NCBI GenBank assembly: GCA_010405405.1
Contig: MU004235.1
Location: forward strand, 1,440,538 to 1,504,537
Direction: 5' to 3'
DNA length: 64,000 nucleotides
From: Microthyrium microscopicum
Lineage: Eukaryota
The position numbers and the translations under genes are program-made. Below, one piece after another: positions 22,835 through 36,217 of this stretch. Each line of letters opens with the position of its first letter. Position 1 is the first letter of the stretch. The notes below the pieces were generated by a model. It worked only from the letters and a program-made list of their open reading frames with translations, searched no databases and was not told where the DNA came from.

Positions 22835-24987
22835 TTAAGCCTTGTTCTGCCAGGCATATTGACCTCCCACCAGTTGAGTCTTACCAACTGCCTCTGGCCC
22901 ATATTTCACAATCGCCTTCTGGAACATCTCTCGACAACGAACTCGACTTCCTAAGCGAGCGCAGAGAAGAAATGCGCCGCTCAATTTCCGATGTAGGCTA
23001 TATGTCTCCTCTGGTGGCGGAGAGAGTCGTTCGCGAAGCATGAGAGGAATTAAGCTTCTCACCCGATCCGTGATCGTTTGATCCTTGAAATCGAATACGT
23101 CGGGGGCAGTATCGCCGAATGGCTCGGAAAGCGTTATGATAGACTCGATGTGAGCCTTGACCATTTCTTTGCTTTCGTGTCCTGTTAAATAGCCTAATAA
23201 GATAGATTCTTTCTCCACACCTGAGCTATCCTGTCTTGCTGCTGCGTCCAGTAGATGAACATAGTTGGTAATAAATTCCAAGGGGTATTCTCGGCTGGCG
23301 CCGAAGTCGAGGAGCTCTAGTTTGTGCTCCTCTCCATTATACAAGAAATTTGTCCAATTGGGATCAGTCTGCATGAACTGAAAGTCGCATATCTCTCGTA
23401 AGCAGAGACGCAATATGTTGGTGCCGATCCAATCTCGCTCTTGTTGGCTCAAATTCGGCAGCTTGGTCACTGCAGTGCCATCCATGAACTCTGCGGTGAG
23501 CACTTCTTTTCCACAGGCGTCGTCAAATATCCGCGGAACCTTGAAAACGTTTTCATCATCAGATAACAAGGTGCGAAACCTTCTGGCACACTCTGCCTCC
23601 CGAATGTAATCACATTCCCAAGCCAATTCGGTTCGAGCATTGGCAATAGTTTTATCAAGAAATAAGCCACTCGGAAGCAGTTTGGATGCCGTCAATAAAA
23701 TGGAGATGTTGCTTAGATCAGAGTCGATCGATGTTGCAACACCGGGATACTGGATTTTGACAGCTACTTCATCCCCCGTTGCTTTGTAGGCAGCGCGATG
23801 CACTTGTCCAATGGATGCTGCTGCCACTGGCACCTCATCAAATCTGCTGAAAAGATCTCGCCAGTCAGAGCCTAGATTTCGTGATAGCACACTGTCACGT
23901 TGAGATGCTGGCATGTAGTCTGCGCTATCCTGTACTCGCTGGAGGACATTGTGAATCTCAGGAGGTAGCATCTTCAAATCTGTGTTTATTTAGCATGCAA
24001 AAAGATTAAACATGGACTGATCAATAATTTACCTTGAAAAGAGACCATTTGACCAAGCTTCAGTGCCGCACCACGCATTCTGGATAGACGCGCCACCAGT
24101 TTTTCTAGATTCCCAGGACTGAGCAGCACAGAGCCGGTCGAGCCTCCCCCAGTTACTCGTCTCAATGACTCTCCCATTGCGCCCACAGCCATACTCACCC
24201 CGAGGTTTCCATACTGCCAGAGGCGGCCAATGCGTGTTGATGGTACTCGAGACTCTCGCATCTGGAAGGGGATAGCCTTTGGCGATTCAATTGATACTTC
24301 CGATTGCGTTGTAGGATCATCTGGAGGTAAATGACTTGATGTATTGATGTTCGAGGAGTCTTTCAAATGATTTGTAGTGGGGTGCTCCAGGTCTGTTGTG
24401 GATGAAATGTCGCCTTGGTCCGGAGTCTCAATGCTTTGCTTAGTCGTAGAAGCACCAGTACTTGCTGTAGGAGGCTTGCTTGCTCTCACATTGGACGAAC
24501 CGCGTGGTGCTTCAAATTCTGAGGGTTGTGGAAATACGTCCGAGTTGATTCCCGTCTGCTTTGCCTCGGAAGAATCCCTTAGATCAGTCTCCACATGTCT
24601 AGGAATTGATGGAGTATAGTTTGTTGCAGAAGTCGCGGTTTGATCCAATGGCCCGGTGGCATCAATTGTTGATTCTGCAGAGTCATGTCGAGTACTGGTA
24701 CGTTGGAAATCTTCCTTTTGAGTCCTTTGATAGTTATCGTCAGAAGTTGGGTAGGGGTTGACATTCTGGGCTGATGTTTTGACGTCTTCTCCCAGTCGCT
24801 GCGCCAGTACAACAGCGGCCTTCACAGTCAAAGTGACGCGATCTGTTTGATCCTTTGCTGCCTTTGCAAGAGTTGAAGTACGATTAAAGACGTCGAATTG
24901 GTCTGATCGTAAAGCTATATGCTGCTTAGCAACAGACCGCGTAGCCTGCACCAGCCTTGTCACGTCCATGAAGCGTCGTCCTGCCAT
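22835..24987 (-). CDS. COQ8: Atypical ABC1/UbiB kinase for coenzyme Q biosynthesis
   Basis: LSRMRGAALKLGQM (KxGQ), AAASIGQVH, VAVKIQYPGV, QTDPNWTNF, LLDFGA. Intron 23980-24032. Confidence 0.96.
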
Positions 24988-25316
24988 CTTTATCGCATTG
25001 TTCTAATATTTCCGTGTCAAATATGAGCAAAATGACCTAATTGACGACATAATTAATGTATAAATGTCATTGACGAGTTGGTCCAAAAAAAGTTGGGACG
25101 AAGTCAAGCTCAGTGGTCCGAGCTTCCTGGCCGTCACTTCTCAACATCAAAGATCTCTTCTTCAGCTTCTGTTTCAAGACATAATCAGACTGTTCATAAT
25201 TTACTCTTCTCTTCCGGCAGGCCGGACATATATTCTAAGGTTCTCTGCCTGGCTTTCAGGCTTCTTGCACGACTTGCGTAGATCTTCACAGCAGAGCAGA
25301 GCAGATCAAATCAGAC

Positions 25317-26347
25317 ATGAGGATCGCATGTCTCCAATTCGCTCCCCGATTAGGGGAGATCTATCCAAATATTGAAAAGGCAAATAAGATATTAGACAAC
25401 ACAGAAGAGCTCAAGACCCAGAGTTCCACAGCGCCACTATGGCTAGTGCTTCCCGAGATGGCCTTTTCAGGTGAGTTTAACTAGATTCTCTGGCATATAA
25501 ACGTTGACAAAGCCTTAAGGCTATAACTTCCATTCCCTGGAACACATCACTCCATTATTGGAGCCCACTGCAGGTGGACCTACAACCGAATGGGCAAAAG
25601 AGACCGCGAAAAGGTACAATGCCTATGTCACAGTCGGCTACCCAGAAAAGTCAATACCAGATCCTCCCAAACCAGGCGAAGATCCTAGAGCTGGCAACTA
25701 CAACAGCATGGTCACAGTATCACCCGGCGGCCAAGTCATTGCTCACTACAGAAAGCGCTTTCTCTACTACACAGACGAGACGTGGGCATCAGAAGGTGAC
25801 GGCACCAACCCGCCAAGCGGATTCTTTGCTGGCGACTTGGATGGTGTCACTGTTGCCATGGGAATCTGTATGGATATCAATCCCTATAAATTCACTGCGC
25901 CTTGGACCGATTACGAGTTTGCGAATCATGTTATTGAGAGCAGAGCTCAACTGGTGATTCTCAGCATGGCGTGGCTCACTAGGTTGAGTCCCCAGGAGCT
26001 GACCGAGTTGCCTTTACGTCCAGACAATGACACTTTCACGTATTGGATTGAACGGTTCCTACCATTGCAACTTGCTGGAGGAGGGCCAATTTTCATTGTG
26101 TTGGCTAATCGATGTGGCGTTGAGCGCAGTGCTTGCTATGCTGGTACCAGTGCTGTGATATCCTTTCGAAATGGCAAGGGATGCATATACAACATCCTTG
26201 GAAAGTATGATGAGCAATGTATGGTGGTCGACTTGAAGCAGGTATGCTATTCGTAGGCTGAGCACTGTAGTGATCTTGATATCTGACGACCTCTAGGCTC
26301 CCAAATACGAGATTCAAACTAATGGTTTGACTCCGGGCGGATACTAG
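25317..26347 (+). CDS. NTA1: Protein N-terminal Asn/Gln amidase (nitrilase superfamily)
   Basis: MRIACLQFAP, LVLPEMAFSGYNF, HYRKRFLYYTDETWA, GICMDINPY catalytic motif. Two introns. Confidence 0.93.
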
Positions 26348-26770
26348 ATTTGCGAAGCAGGCAAACTGATCAGGCCTGGTAATCGCAAACTGACGTTTGA
26401 ATGCATTCTTGTTCTTGTGAGAAGGTTGGCTTTCGATTCTGAGTCTAGATTAGTTTGGAGCTGTGTAGCTTCACTCCGGTGAGGAAGGAACCGCCGAATA
26501 AGGAATGGCGCCCAACGATATTGATAGAGAATCTGATCATCACTGAGATACCAAGCAGTGCAACACATTATGCAACGAAATCCTCATGATATTTTTTTCA
26601 TTGACCCAACCTCAACTATTTCCCTGTCCCCATTGAACAGGATATTCGAGGCACCGAAACTCCGCTGTTATTGACAGATGCAAGAAACCTGACCGATACC
26701 ACATGAAAGCCTTTGGTCCATCGTGTCCAGAGAGAGATGGTTTTGGATCGGGTTTGGAGGGGCGAGTCGA

Positions 26771-27034
26771 CTAGATGCCGAGGCGGGTCTTGCGCCAATG
26801 TCTTCGCTTCGCGTTGTATCTATTCGATAATTAGCGACCGGCTCTTCGAGGTTGTTGATATATTGATGATGCCATACCGGATGGTGTTGCCGGTTCTGAG
26901 GCGAATCCACTGAGGGATGGGACGATTTTGCTTTTGGGCTCTCGCAAGCTTCTGCTTGGTACGGAAAGACTTGTGAGACTGTATTATGTCAGTATATGGT
27001 GACGATTGTGGTGTTCGGCGTGTCGTACCGGCAT
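26771..27034 (-). CDS. RPL39: 60S ribosomal protein L39
   Basis: Three exons give [51 protein letters not shown]. Confidence 0.98.
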
Positions 27035-27867
27035 TTTGATTGTCTGGATGGCCGTCGACAGTGTGTTTGGAGAAGGATGATGATTGAAGTTGGTGTGTCA
27101 ATTTCTGGGGTGGAACCGCAGCTTGGTGGGCTTGGCACTTCTTGCTGATTCAGCAAGAAAATTTTGGGGCCCAAGCGCAAACATTGAATTTCAACACCAT
27201 GCGCATGAACTAAAAGCTATCTCATCATTCTCATTCCTCTCGGTCATTTTGGACCCAACCATTCAATATCCCAATTCGTCAGTCTGATGAGGAACAAACG
27301 GACAACTTGCGAGCCGGTCATAGTGTTCGTAAAAACATGCGCGTAGCATCTTCATTCTCAACAGAAACATGCTACCCAGCCTCTTGACCTTACCTATGTC
27401 GTGTTCTTGTCCACAAATAACGTGGCAGGAGAGCTCTAAATTTACAGCAATGAGACTGGTCTGATCATTCAGACTTCAGCGTCGATGATTTCCTCTCTTT
27501 TACCAAATCTTTGCCCGTCTCGACCCACAGTGGCATCGCTGATCACTTTCGTAGCTCATGAAGTAGGTATTTTAAGTCGATACCCGGAGGTCTATCGCAC
27601 GATTGTTAGCCAGGACTTTTTCTCCTTACAGTCACAGGTCCAGCTATTCAGAACTTCGCTTGACCATGTGCTTAGACGCGGTCTTGGAACATTGTGCTAC
27701 AATAATTATAGGAATGCAAACGGTGTTGTGTGTTCGCGTAATTAGTCGCGTCTGCCATTCCCTCATAATGTAGAGGCTGGCTTGACTGGATGTGATTTCT
27801 TCAAGTTTCTACCTCTCATTCATTCGAGGTCCTTTTTGCATTTGTCAACTTTCACTTTGCTTCAAAC

Positions 27868-29777
27868 ATGCTTAGCGTCTTAGTGCTATCGATACTTCTC
27901 CAGAGGGCATCTGCCTTCTGGAGAATGCCATGTACGGAGATGCTTCTGGGTCGAGTCGATCCTGTCGTTCAGCCTGGTGTCGCCTCTGCCCACGTCCATA
28001 CAGTCGTTGGTGGAAATAGTATGTCAAATTACTCTGAGAAAGATGGTAAGCAGCTAACAGTTGACAGATTTTGGAATCAACGCAACAGGTCTTTCTTTGA
28101 GTAACTCTGCTTGTACAAGCTGCGTCATCCAAGCAGACAAATCAGCCTACTGGACACCAGCCCTTTACTACGAATACCCAAATGGCACATTTATGATGGT
28201 GCCCCATGGTGGCTCAATTGTCTACTATCTAGGCCGCGGTAACAATGCAACACGCGTACCATTTCCCCCGGGATTCAGAATGGTCGTTGGAAGTGCAGCG
28301 GCTCGAAGTTTTGCCCAGACACCACTCACATACATGAATCAGCGGCCCATTGCAGAGCAAGTCAGCTGGCTTTGCATCGCGGATCCTTCGCAGCCGGAAA
28401 CCTATGGTCTTAATCAGACTGATTGCCCCTATGGATTGCGTTCCCAGATTCAATTTCCTACTTGCTGGAATGGTATCGACCTTTATAAGTCTGATCAGAG
28501 CCATGTTGCTCACTTGAGTGGAATCGATTCTGGTGACTGCCCACCAACTCATCCGTATCAGTTTGCACATGTTTTCCAAGAGATCTACCATCAGCCAAAT
28601 GATGTCCCCGATCAACAACCTGGAGGAAGATTCGTACTGAGCACTGGCGACCCCACTGGATACTCACTACATGCTGACTTTATGAATGGATGGTACGTTC
28701 ACTTTGCACACCACAAATGCAATTGACTAATCCTAAATAGGGACCAAGACGTCCTTGCCTGTGCCGTCGAGAACTGCGCTCTTGGTGAACAAGATGGCGA
28801 TCTACAAGACTGCCCGTGTTTACTACCAAGCTATAATCCCAACACCGCCCAATTCTGTCCAATGCGCCCCTCACAAGTTGTCGAAACAGTGACCGGACTA
28901 CTCCCAAAACTGCCCGGCTGCATCAACATTGTAAACGGTCCAGCAGCCGCGCAACCAGCCGATATGAACTGCCCTCCTAGCGTCGTAGCAGCAGGTCCCC
29001 AACTCCTCCCAACCCCAGACACAAGCCCGGTATACTTCGATATGCCCGTCGTAAATCAACCTTACGGCTTGCCAAACTGGACATATCTAGGCTGTTCCAA
29101 CGACACAAACAACGACCGTGCACTGCAGGGCTATTCGTTCAGCAACGGCACTGGCATGACCATCCAAACATGCCAGGCGTACTGCCAAGCGAATTTCTTT
29201 CGCTATGCTGGGGTCGAATTTGCGGATGAATGCTATTGTGGCGGGGCCTTGCTAAACAATCCAGTCTTTGGCCCTCTTTCCACGCAGCGGGAGAATCAGT
29301 GCTCGCTCCCTTGCTCAGGAAATGGGTCAACATACTGCGGAGGTGGAGGTCGTATTGATATTTATATAAATCCCACTATTGAGGCGTTGCCGGTACCCAG
29401 TCCCAAGCAACAGGTCGGCTCGTATTCATACAAGGGATGTTATATCGATTTTGGAGGTGCGCGCGCATTGAGAGACTATTCGGTTGCCAATGGCAGTATT
29501 GGACCTGATGTTTGTGCCGGGTTCTGCCAACAGCATGGATCGAGATATTTTGGTGTCGAGTTTGGGTGAGTATTACCGATGAAACATAACATCACTAACT
29601 GTTTCTAGGGCGGAATGCTATTGTGGGACTCAACTATTTAACTTAGGCATTGGTAGTCCAGATAGTTGTAGCGCGGCTTGTGCAGGTAATCATCTCCAGA
29701 CACAGAATATTTGTGGTGGATCAAATCGGATGAGCTTGTATTACTCGCCACTGGTTAGCCCGCCTCCTCCACCGTAA
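27868..29777 (+). CDS. Secreted DUF1996 + two WSC domain protein
   Basis: Signal peptide, RVDPVVQPG..SAHVHTVVGG, DKSAYWTP, FPTCWNG, GYSLHADFMNGW, and two WSC repeats (YLGC..., GVEF..ECYCG, CGG..R). Three introns. Confidence 0.93.
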
Positions 29778-29922
29778 TAGGCAGGCTTTGGGTTTGTGGG
29801 TGTATATATCTTTCTTGCTAGCTTGAGAGGAGACTTTGGGGTTCATTTCAGTCGTCCTGTAGTTGGATATTGTAATGAACCCTCTGGAATTGGTGTATCA
29901 AACTCTTCAAAAACGCTTGGCT

Positions 29923-30456
29923 TCATTTCGAGCATGTCTGGCCAGTCTTTTTCAGAATTGTATCGACCAACTTTCCACAATCATCAACAATATCTTCAAA
30001 TTCTAAATCCAGAACTTTCTCCTGTGGAAACACATGTATAGTGCCAGTGATGGATGGTTTGAGTTCACCGCCGGAGGGCTGTTCTTCCAGTTCGAGTGGA
30101 CGACCCATTCGATCCATACCTCGCTCTTTCAGTGCCTTGATAATTGCGTGCTTGACTCTGCGACTGTGGTACTGCCTGACGACAGCTTTCTTGTGCAGCT
30201 TCGGTGATGAATACACGAAAGTCCATAGCGTGGTTCTGTCTGCTTCTTCCCATTTTCTTTTGAGGAGTAGTTTCAATGGATGATAATCCGGTTTACCTAT
30301 CACCATCTCTGTATTCCGGTGCAGGGTGTGAGGATAGACGAAGTGCCATTCGATGGCACGGGTGTGGCCTCCTGTTCTGGTATTTACCGGTGTTGATATT
30401 GGCTTGCTGGAGATTTGTCGACGCGCCGTTGCTGCCAGAGCGTTTATTTTGCTCAT
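29923..30456 (-). CDS. Small basic protein with presequence-like N-terminus and RnpA-like motif
   Basis: 177-aa intronless ORF. Acid-free S/T/R/K-rich N-terminus, and KLHKKAVVRQYHSRRVKHAI resembles the RNR motif of bacterial RNase P protein. Confidence 0.65.
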   Translation of the reverse strand: MSKINALAATARRQISSKPISTPVNTRTGGHTRAIEWHFVYPHTLHRNTEMVIGKPDYHPLKLLLKRKWEEADRTTLWTFVYSSPKLHKKAVVRQYHSRRVKHAIIKALKERGMDRMGRPLELEEQPSGGELKPSITGTIHVFPQEKVLDLEFEDIVDDCGKLVDTILKKTGQTCSK

Positions 30457-30907
30457 CAGGTCAACGTGAATCGTGATTGAAAGCGGACTTTGAGATGCCT
30501 AGGCTTGCTGTCAGCGGGCCATTGCTTCATTCAGCCCGCGGTTCTTTTGGATTTGTTCATCGTTGTTGTTTAACTCATACATAAACAAAGACAGGCGACC
30601 TTCGAGGCGACGAGGATAGACTTCGTCCTAAAGGAGCCTAGCGAAGAAAATGCATGAGTCAGCGACCGCGCTAGGCTCAAAGCGGTGGCTTACACGCGAG
30701 TTTGGAGGTTGCATGACAGCAAAGCGTGGGTGACTATTGTGGCGGGGTTCCATGGTCACTACTTGGGCACCATCAACCCATATTAAAGCATTTGATCCTT
30801 CGTCCTTCTTTCTTCACAACACACACTCTCTCCCTCCACAAATTCCCACCGAACAAACATCGCTCCATTCGCACTAGACCACTAAAAACTTACTTGCAAA
30901 CGACAAT

Positions 30908-31534
30908 ATGCCTAAGAACAAGGGAAAAGTGCGCACTCCCTACCCCACATCTTCGGGATCATCTACTAACGCGATGAACAGGGTGGTAAGAATCGGCGTA
31001 GAGGAAAGAACGAAAACGACAACGAGAAACGCGAACTGGTCTTCAAAGAAGATGGACAAGGTACACACCCCTCATGTCACGAACCCATATATCCGTCACT
31101 AACGTTGGGCACAGAGTACGCCCAAGTCGTAAAGATGTTGGGCAACGGTCGCCTAGACGCAAAATGCTTCGATGGTGTCTCGCGTCTCGCACATATTCGC
31201 GGCAAACTACGAAAGAAGGTGTGGATAAACCAGGGCGACATCATTCTACTGTACGTACCATTACGTCCCTCTGTGTCACCTCGAACCTGCGAACCCGGCT
31301 AACCATTAATCCACTAGATCCCTTCGAGAGTATCAAGACGATAAGGGTGATGTGCTCATGAAGTACTCCGCAGACGAAGCCCGTTCCCTAAAAGCCTATG
31401 GCGAACTACCCGAAAATACCCGTATCAACGAGACCGACACATATGGCGAGGAGAACGCCGAAGGCGCCGGATTCGAGTTCGACGAGGATCGTAGTGGATC
31501 CGAGGAGAGCGACGTCGAGATTGACGACATCTAG
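30908..31534 (+). CDS. TIF11: Translation initiation factor eIF1A
   Basis: [43 protein letters not shown], acidic tail ending DIDDI-like. Three introns. Confidence 0.98.
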
Positions 31535-31948
31535 ACTCCAAGCGTTCATGCTGCTTATGGGAACGATGCATAAAAACCACCCACAACACACCCATGATGC
31601 ATCTTGTCGGCGTTGTTGTTCATCTTTCACGGCCGTGTCATTATTCTCTCCTATTATTGTTTCTCTCATGTTTATATGTCTGTCTTCCGCACCCAGCTGA
31701 GGCAAGACAGCTAGAGCGTTAAAACGAATGTCCTCGATGGCTGATATAGCAAGAATAGAAAGCATGGTATCAAATTCGGATCTTCGTACTAAGTTCTGCC
31801 CTTTTGAGCTGGAATATTCTGTTCCCTTATCCTTTCGCCGCTTAGAAATTACACTTGCTGATCTTGTGAATAGAACTATTGAACAGAAAACGCCCAACTA
31901 TGCATGCTAATTCCTTTGAACACCGCTTAGCTCGCCATTACCAGCACT

Positions 31949-33402
31949 TCAAACACTTGATCCCGACTGGAGTGGTATTCTCGCAGTTGTTGCTTGTGGA
32001 ACCACGTGAGTGCTAAAGCTCTGCACCCAAGGGGCCAATAATGCGCCATTGATAGGCTTGAAGACATATCCTGTTGCACTGGCAGCCGGAGACGCATTTG
32101 CTAATGCTGCTGCGCTTATTGATTCAGCCAGTGACGCGACTAGGCTTGAGCTCAAACTACTCAGTCCTGAGGCAATCGGTCCGGCGATTATTGCTGTTGC
32201 TGGCTCGGAAGATAACGGCGTGACGGATGGCGGAAGCACATTTGGCTTTGGGGTTGGTATTGGAGCTGGTGCAGCACTTGCTGCTGAACTCGCTAGTGTA
32301 ATAACTTGTGCAGTTGGTAGCGGAGCTGGTATTGAACTCGCTGCTGATGTCGCTAGGGGAATTGGTATGGAACTGGCCGCTGATGTGGGTATGGGAGCTG
32401 GAACAGCGTTTGGTATTGAACTGACTGGTGCTGGCACTGGATTGGGAGCCATGCTAAGAGGAAGTGGCGATGCCGTCGCAATAGTAGCAGGCTTCGGTGA
32501 CACCGGCACTGTGAGCGTAATTACGATCGTCGTCATTGCTTCTGATGACTTGGGATCCGGCAAAATTATAGTTGGTTGAGCTTTTGGACTTGCTGTCGTC
32601 CACAGCGGGATGCTTGTGGTTTTCGGCGTTGCCTGCGACGGTTTTGCGGTTTGATTCGCATATGGACTTGCAGTAGGTCGACCGCCTGGATTTGGCTCTA
32701 GAGGATGGGCGCCTGGTGGTTGACATGCCCTCAAAATCTGGTCAAATCGGATGTTCGGTAGGCCAAAGTCATTCTCGTTGATGTAGCATCCCTGGGATCC
32801 GGTCTTTACCCAAATATCGCTATGTTCTTGTCGGCCTGAATTGTAATTGCGTGGTCGCATGTCTGTATTTACCCAGCAGGTGAGATTCAGCTCGGTCCAT
32901 TTGTATAGATGTAGTGCATTATTAGTCAGAGGATGTATGCTTGGCCATGGTCGGCACCAGGTTACGTCGGCTGCTGTGATTACTGTCAAGTGGTTAAGTG
33001 GTTTGTTGAGATCGGGCGGTTGAGAGCCTGGCTGATATGGCCATCCTTTGGGAAGTGGAGGTGGACCGCATGTTTTGACGGTACCCCAGGGTGTAAGGTT
33101 ATCTTCTTGTTCGCAGTCGGATGGAGGAGGTGGACGGTAGGGAGAGAGTGAATGTCGTATTGATGGTCTTGTTTGAGGCTGTGATGGGAGTGGGATATCA
33201 ATGCTCTCCGTTTCTTCGAGATCTATCAAAGAATCTTGGCTCGCATAACCATCATCGCGAGCTACAAGCCAGGATAGTGTTAGTTTAATGCTTTTTTTAC
33301 GGATAATGAAAAAGTCCGTTATCTCATACCTATAGGTGTTGCGACAACAGTCACTGCGCGCGCCAGGCTTACTAGCACTACGAAAGTCTGATTGAAATGC
33401 AT
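31949..33402 (-). CDS. Secreted protein with SH3b-like Cys module and P/S/T/A-rich tail
   Basis: Exon 1 MHFNQTFVVLVSLARAVTVVATPI (signal peptide), intron 33262-33329, module CRPWP...LTCW...WVKT...GCYINE, long mucin-like C-terminus. Confidence 0.7.
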
Positions 33403-35098
33403 GCTGGGAACAGCCCGTATGAGAGGGGGACTTCAAGAGGAAGAATATAGAGACATGCTTCGTTATAGCATCCAGGTACAAAAATCACTTCCAGCCCACG
33501 GTAATCCAGTCGTGATCTGAACCTCGAGGATCAAAGTAAGGATAACAATTAGGCTAACAGATCAACAGATCATAAATGAGGAGACACGGAAAGCACACAG
33601 AACCATCATGTTCGGCGCCGCAATGCTATTACTTCCTAGCAGATAATGTGGTCTCGTGTCTAAGCTCTTCAAGATGCCACAGATATTGATGGAAGGCCAT
33701 CTACCAGATCCAGATCATAGCTGACGGATAACACCCATACTCTTGTCAGGGGTAGGGGTCGAAATAGCCAATGAAGTTGACTAGCAATATATGTGACGCC
33801 GATTTTAAATGGCATGTAATATAGCCCACCACCATCCTTCCAGAATGTTGGGACCACGAGGAGAATTTGTTCTGATCATCTGTTATGGCTCTTTAACTCA
33901 GAAAGGCAGGATGCAATGAATCTCTTCTTTTGGAAATTTTCTCTATATCCCATAAAGATTCTGCTGGGGCATAGCGAGTTGTGAACTTGTGTAACGTTGG
34001 ATTATGGTCAGAAGAGGAAAACTCTCAAGGTATAATTCAGGCCAGGAACCGCGCGGTACTGTTTAGGATATGTCGATTCGAACATCATAGTCAAAGATAT
34101 TATTGGTGGTCCGGCTTGAGCCGTCCTTGGATTTCCATCAACAGCACTCAATAGGTCGAAATAGTCCCGCGAAGAAGCTTTGACAGATCATCAAACCTTA
34201 AGAGGTGGATTGTCAGTGAGACGTTGTACATTTAGTGTCCGGTAAAATTTACTCGATTACCGTCGCTCTTATGGCCTTGAAATTATGTCCACAAAACATT
34301 GTAACTGGTCTTTGTCTCTGTGGAGACTGTCATCAATCAAACGACAATCATATAAAGGCGCCGTAGGATTCAATCTGAAAATCCGGTATCCTCTTCGCCC
34401 CTGCCAGGTTATCAGCATTCAATGGTCAAGGTCAGTGTCGGTCTATGATCCGTGGGGAGCGGTTCTGTAATATAATTCAGAAAAGGCATCGACTCCGCCC
34501 GATTTAGGTCACAACCTTGGAAGCCTCGGCGAAGGTCATCCTGAGTTTTATTAGTCGCCTCTCTTATGTTCATCCTTCCGCGCAGTATTGCGTTTGACTT
34601 GTGACACATGAATCTATAGTGTTGATGGCCATACAGTATCATGGTGCAGAAATATCACAGCGTACATCCGGAGAATAAGAGTAGTAAATAACGGAGATTT
34701 ATAGAAGATAGAAAAGAAGAATTGAATTGTCCCGAAATCTAATGATAGTACTGCGCTATTGAAGGTTCTAGAGCTCCTGAAAAAGTAATGTTCTTTTGCA
34801 TCAAGGCTTTCGGTGAGCCAGCGAACGCCCCTCGGCTAACTAGACCAGTTTCGTTATTTTTCGTAAATGACTGTTGGGACAGTTGGTTGGAAGTATTCGT
34901 GGCTTCGTAAAAACTGGCTGTCTTTGAAGATGTGGAGATAAGCTGGAATGATGTCGTTGGTTTGTAAATTGTATCATACGTTCGAGGTGCGTGAAAGGGG
35001 GCTTGCTCTGGGTCGTAACTAGGGAAACATTTTGAGATCTCATTCTCCAAATATGCATCTCAGTTTGTTCTCGTCGAAAATTCTTATAGTTTCGACTA

Positions 35099-36139
35099 AT
35101 GAAGATATCCCTCGCCATCGCGGTTGCGCTCATGCGCCTTGCATCGGCAAGCCAGTGTTATTACCCGGACGGGACTGCTCCTACTGACTATACTTATCGA
35201 GCATGTACTTCAGGAGGCGTCTCGTCTTGTTGCATTCCAGGAGAAGGCGACCAGTGCCTGAGCAATGGTCTCTGTTTCTGGCCAGCTGGGAATTACGCCT
35301 TCCGGGGCGCTTGCACAGGTATTTCGAGGTCTTGCTTACCAATTCATGAAAGAGTTCTGACAAGTGAAACAGATCAGACGTGGAATTCGGGCAATTGCAC
35401 CTCATTCTGCAAATCATGTACGTTGCGCGCGAATAGCGTCGATACCCAATTTGATTCTAATACCTGAACAGCAAACATTGGCGGTTGGGAACAGCTTGAA
35501 AGCTGTGGAGGAACAAAGTATTGTTGTATCTCGGATGGAGTGGACTGCTGCAATCATGCCAGTTATATCTTTGATATTGGTGTGCCTTCAGTGATCAACG
35601 ACTTTTCAGCAGGGACTACAGTGACGCCTACTGCAGTAGCCAACTTGTTGATCACAGCAAGCTCCACTGCTTCGACGACAGGAGCAGCATCCGGATCTTC
35701 GCAGTCGTCAGCGTCAGCGAACAGCAGCAATACATCAGAAACCAACAACGGGATTGGGACTGGTGCTTTGGTTGGGATTGCCGGTGGAATCATAACGTTC
35801 GCCGTCTTGGTCGCTGCTGCTGTTATCGCATACTACTGCATCAAGCGCCGGAAAGCCAATAAGCAACCTTCTCAGAATTTGATCGATATGAACGGTCCGA
35901 ACGTGTCAGTAGGGGTGATACGGCCAGGCACAGGCTATTCTGGTTATCAACGAGAGAAATATCCAGGGACACCGCAAACACCAGAATGGGATTCAGCGCC
36001 TGCATACCAGAGAGACTTTTATGCTTCGAATCAAGATCTCCTTCCAAAGGGCCTAAACGGAGTGACTTTGATCGAGCTTCAGAGTTCACCAGCGCATCCG
36101 GTTGATAACAATGGACATCAGAGGCACGAACTGGCCTGA
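35099..36139 (+). CDS. Mid2-like single-pass cell-surface protein with Cys-rich ectodomain
   Basis: Signal peptide, CYYPDG..CC..GDQCLSNGLC..RGACTDQTW..C, S/T stalk, TM segment GALVGIAGGIITFAVLVAAAVIAYY, basic stop-transfer KRRK. Two introns. Confidence 0.85.
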
Positions 36140-36217
36140 TCACCCTGGAGCTCCTTTTGCCAGGCAAAATTTGTTTCACTCCAGATCAGAAGCTCTCAGA
36201 TACCAAAAAAAGCATCC

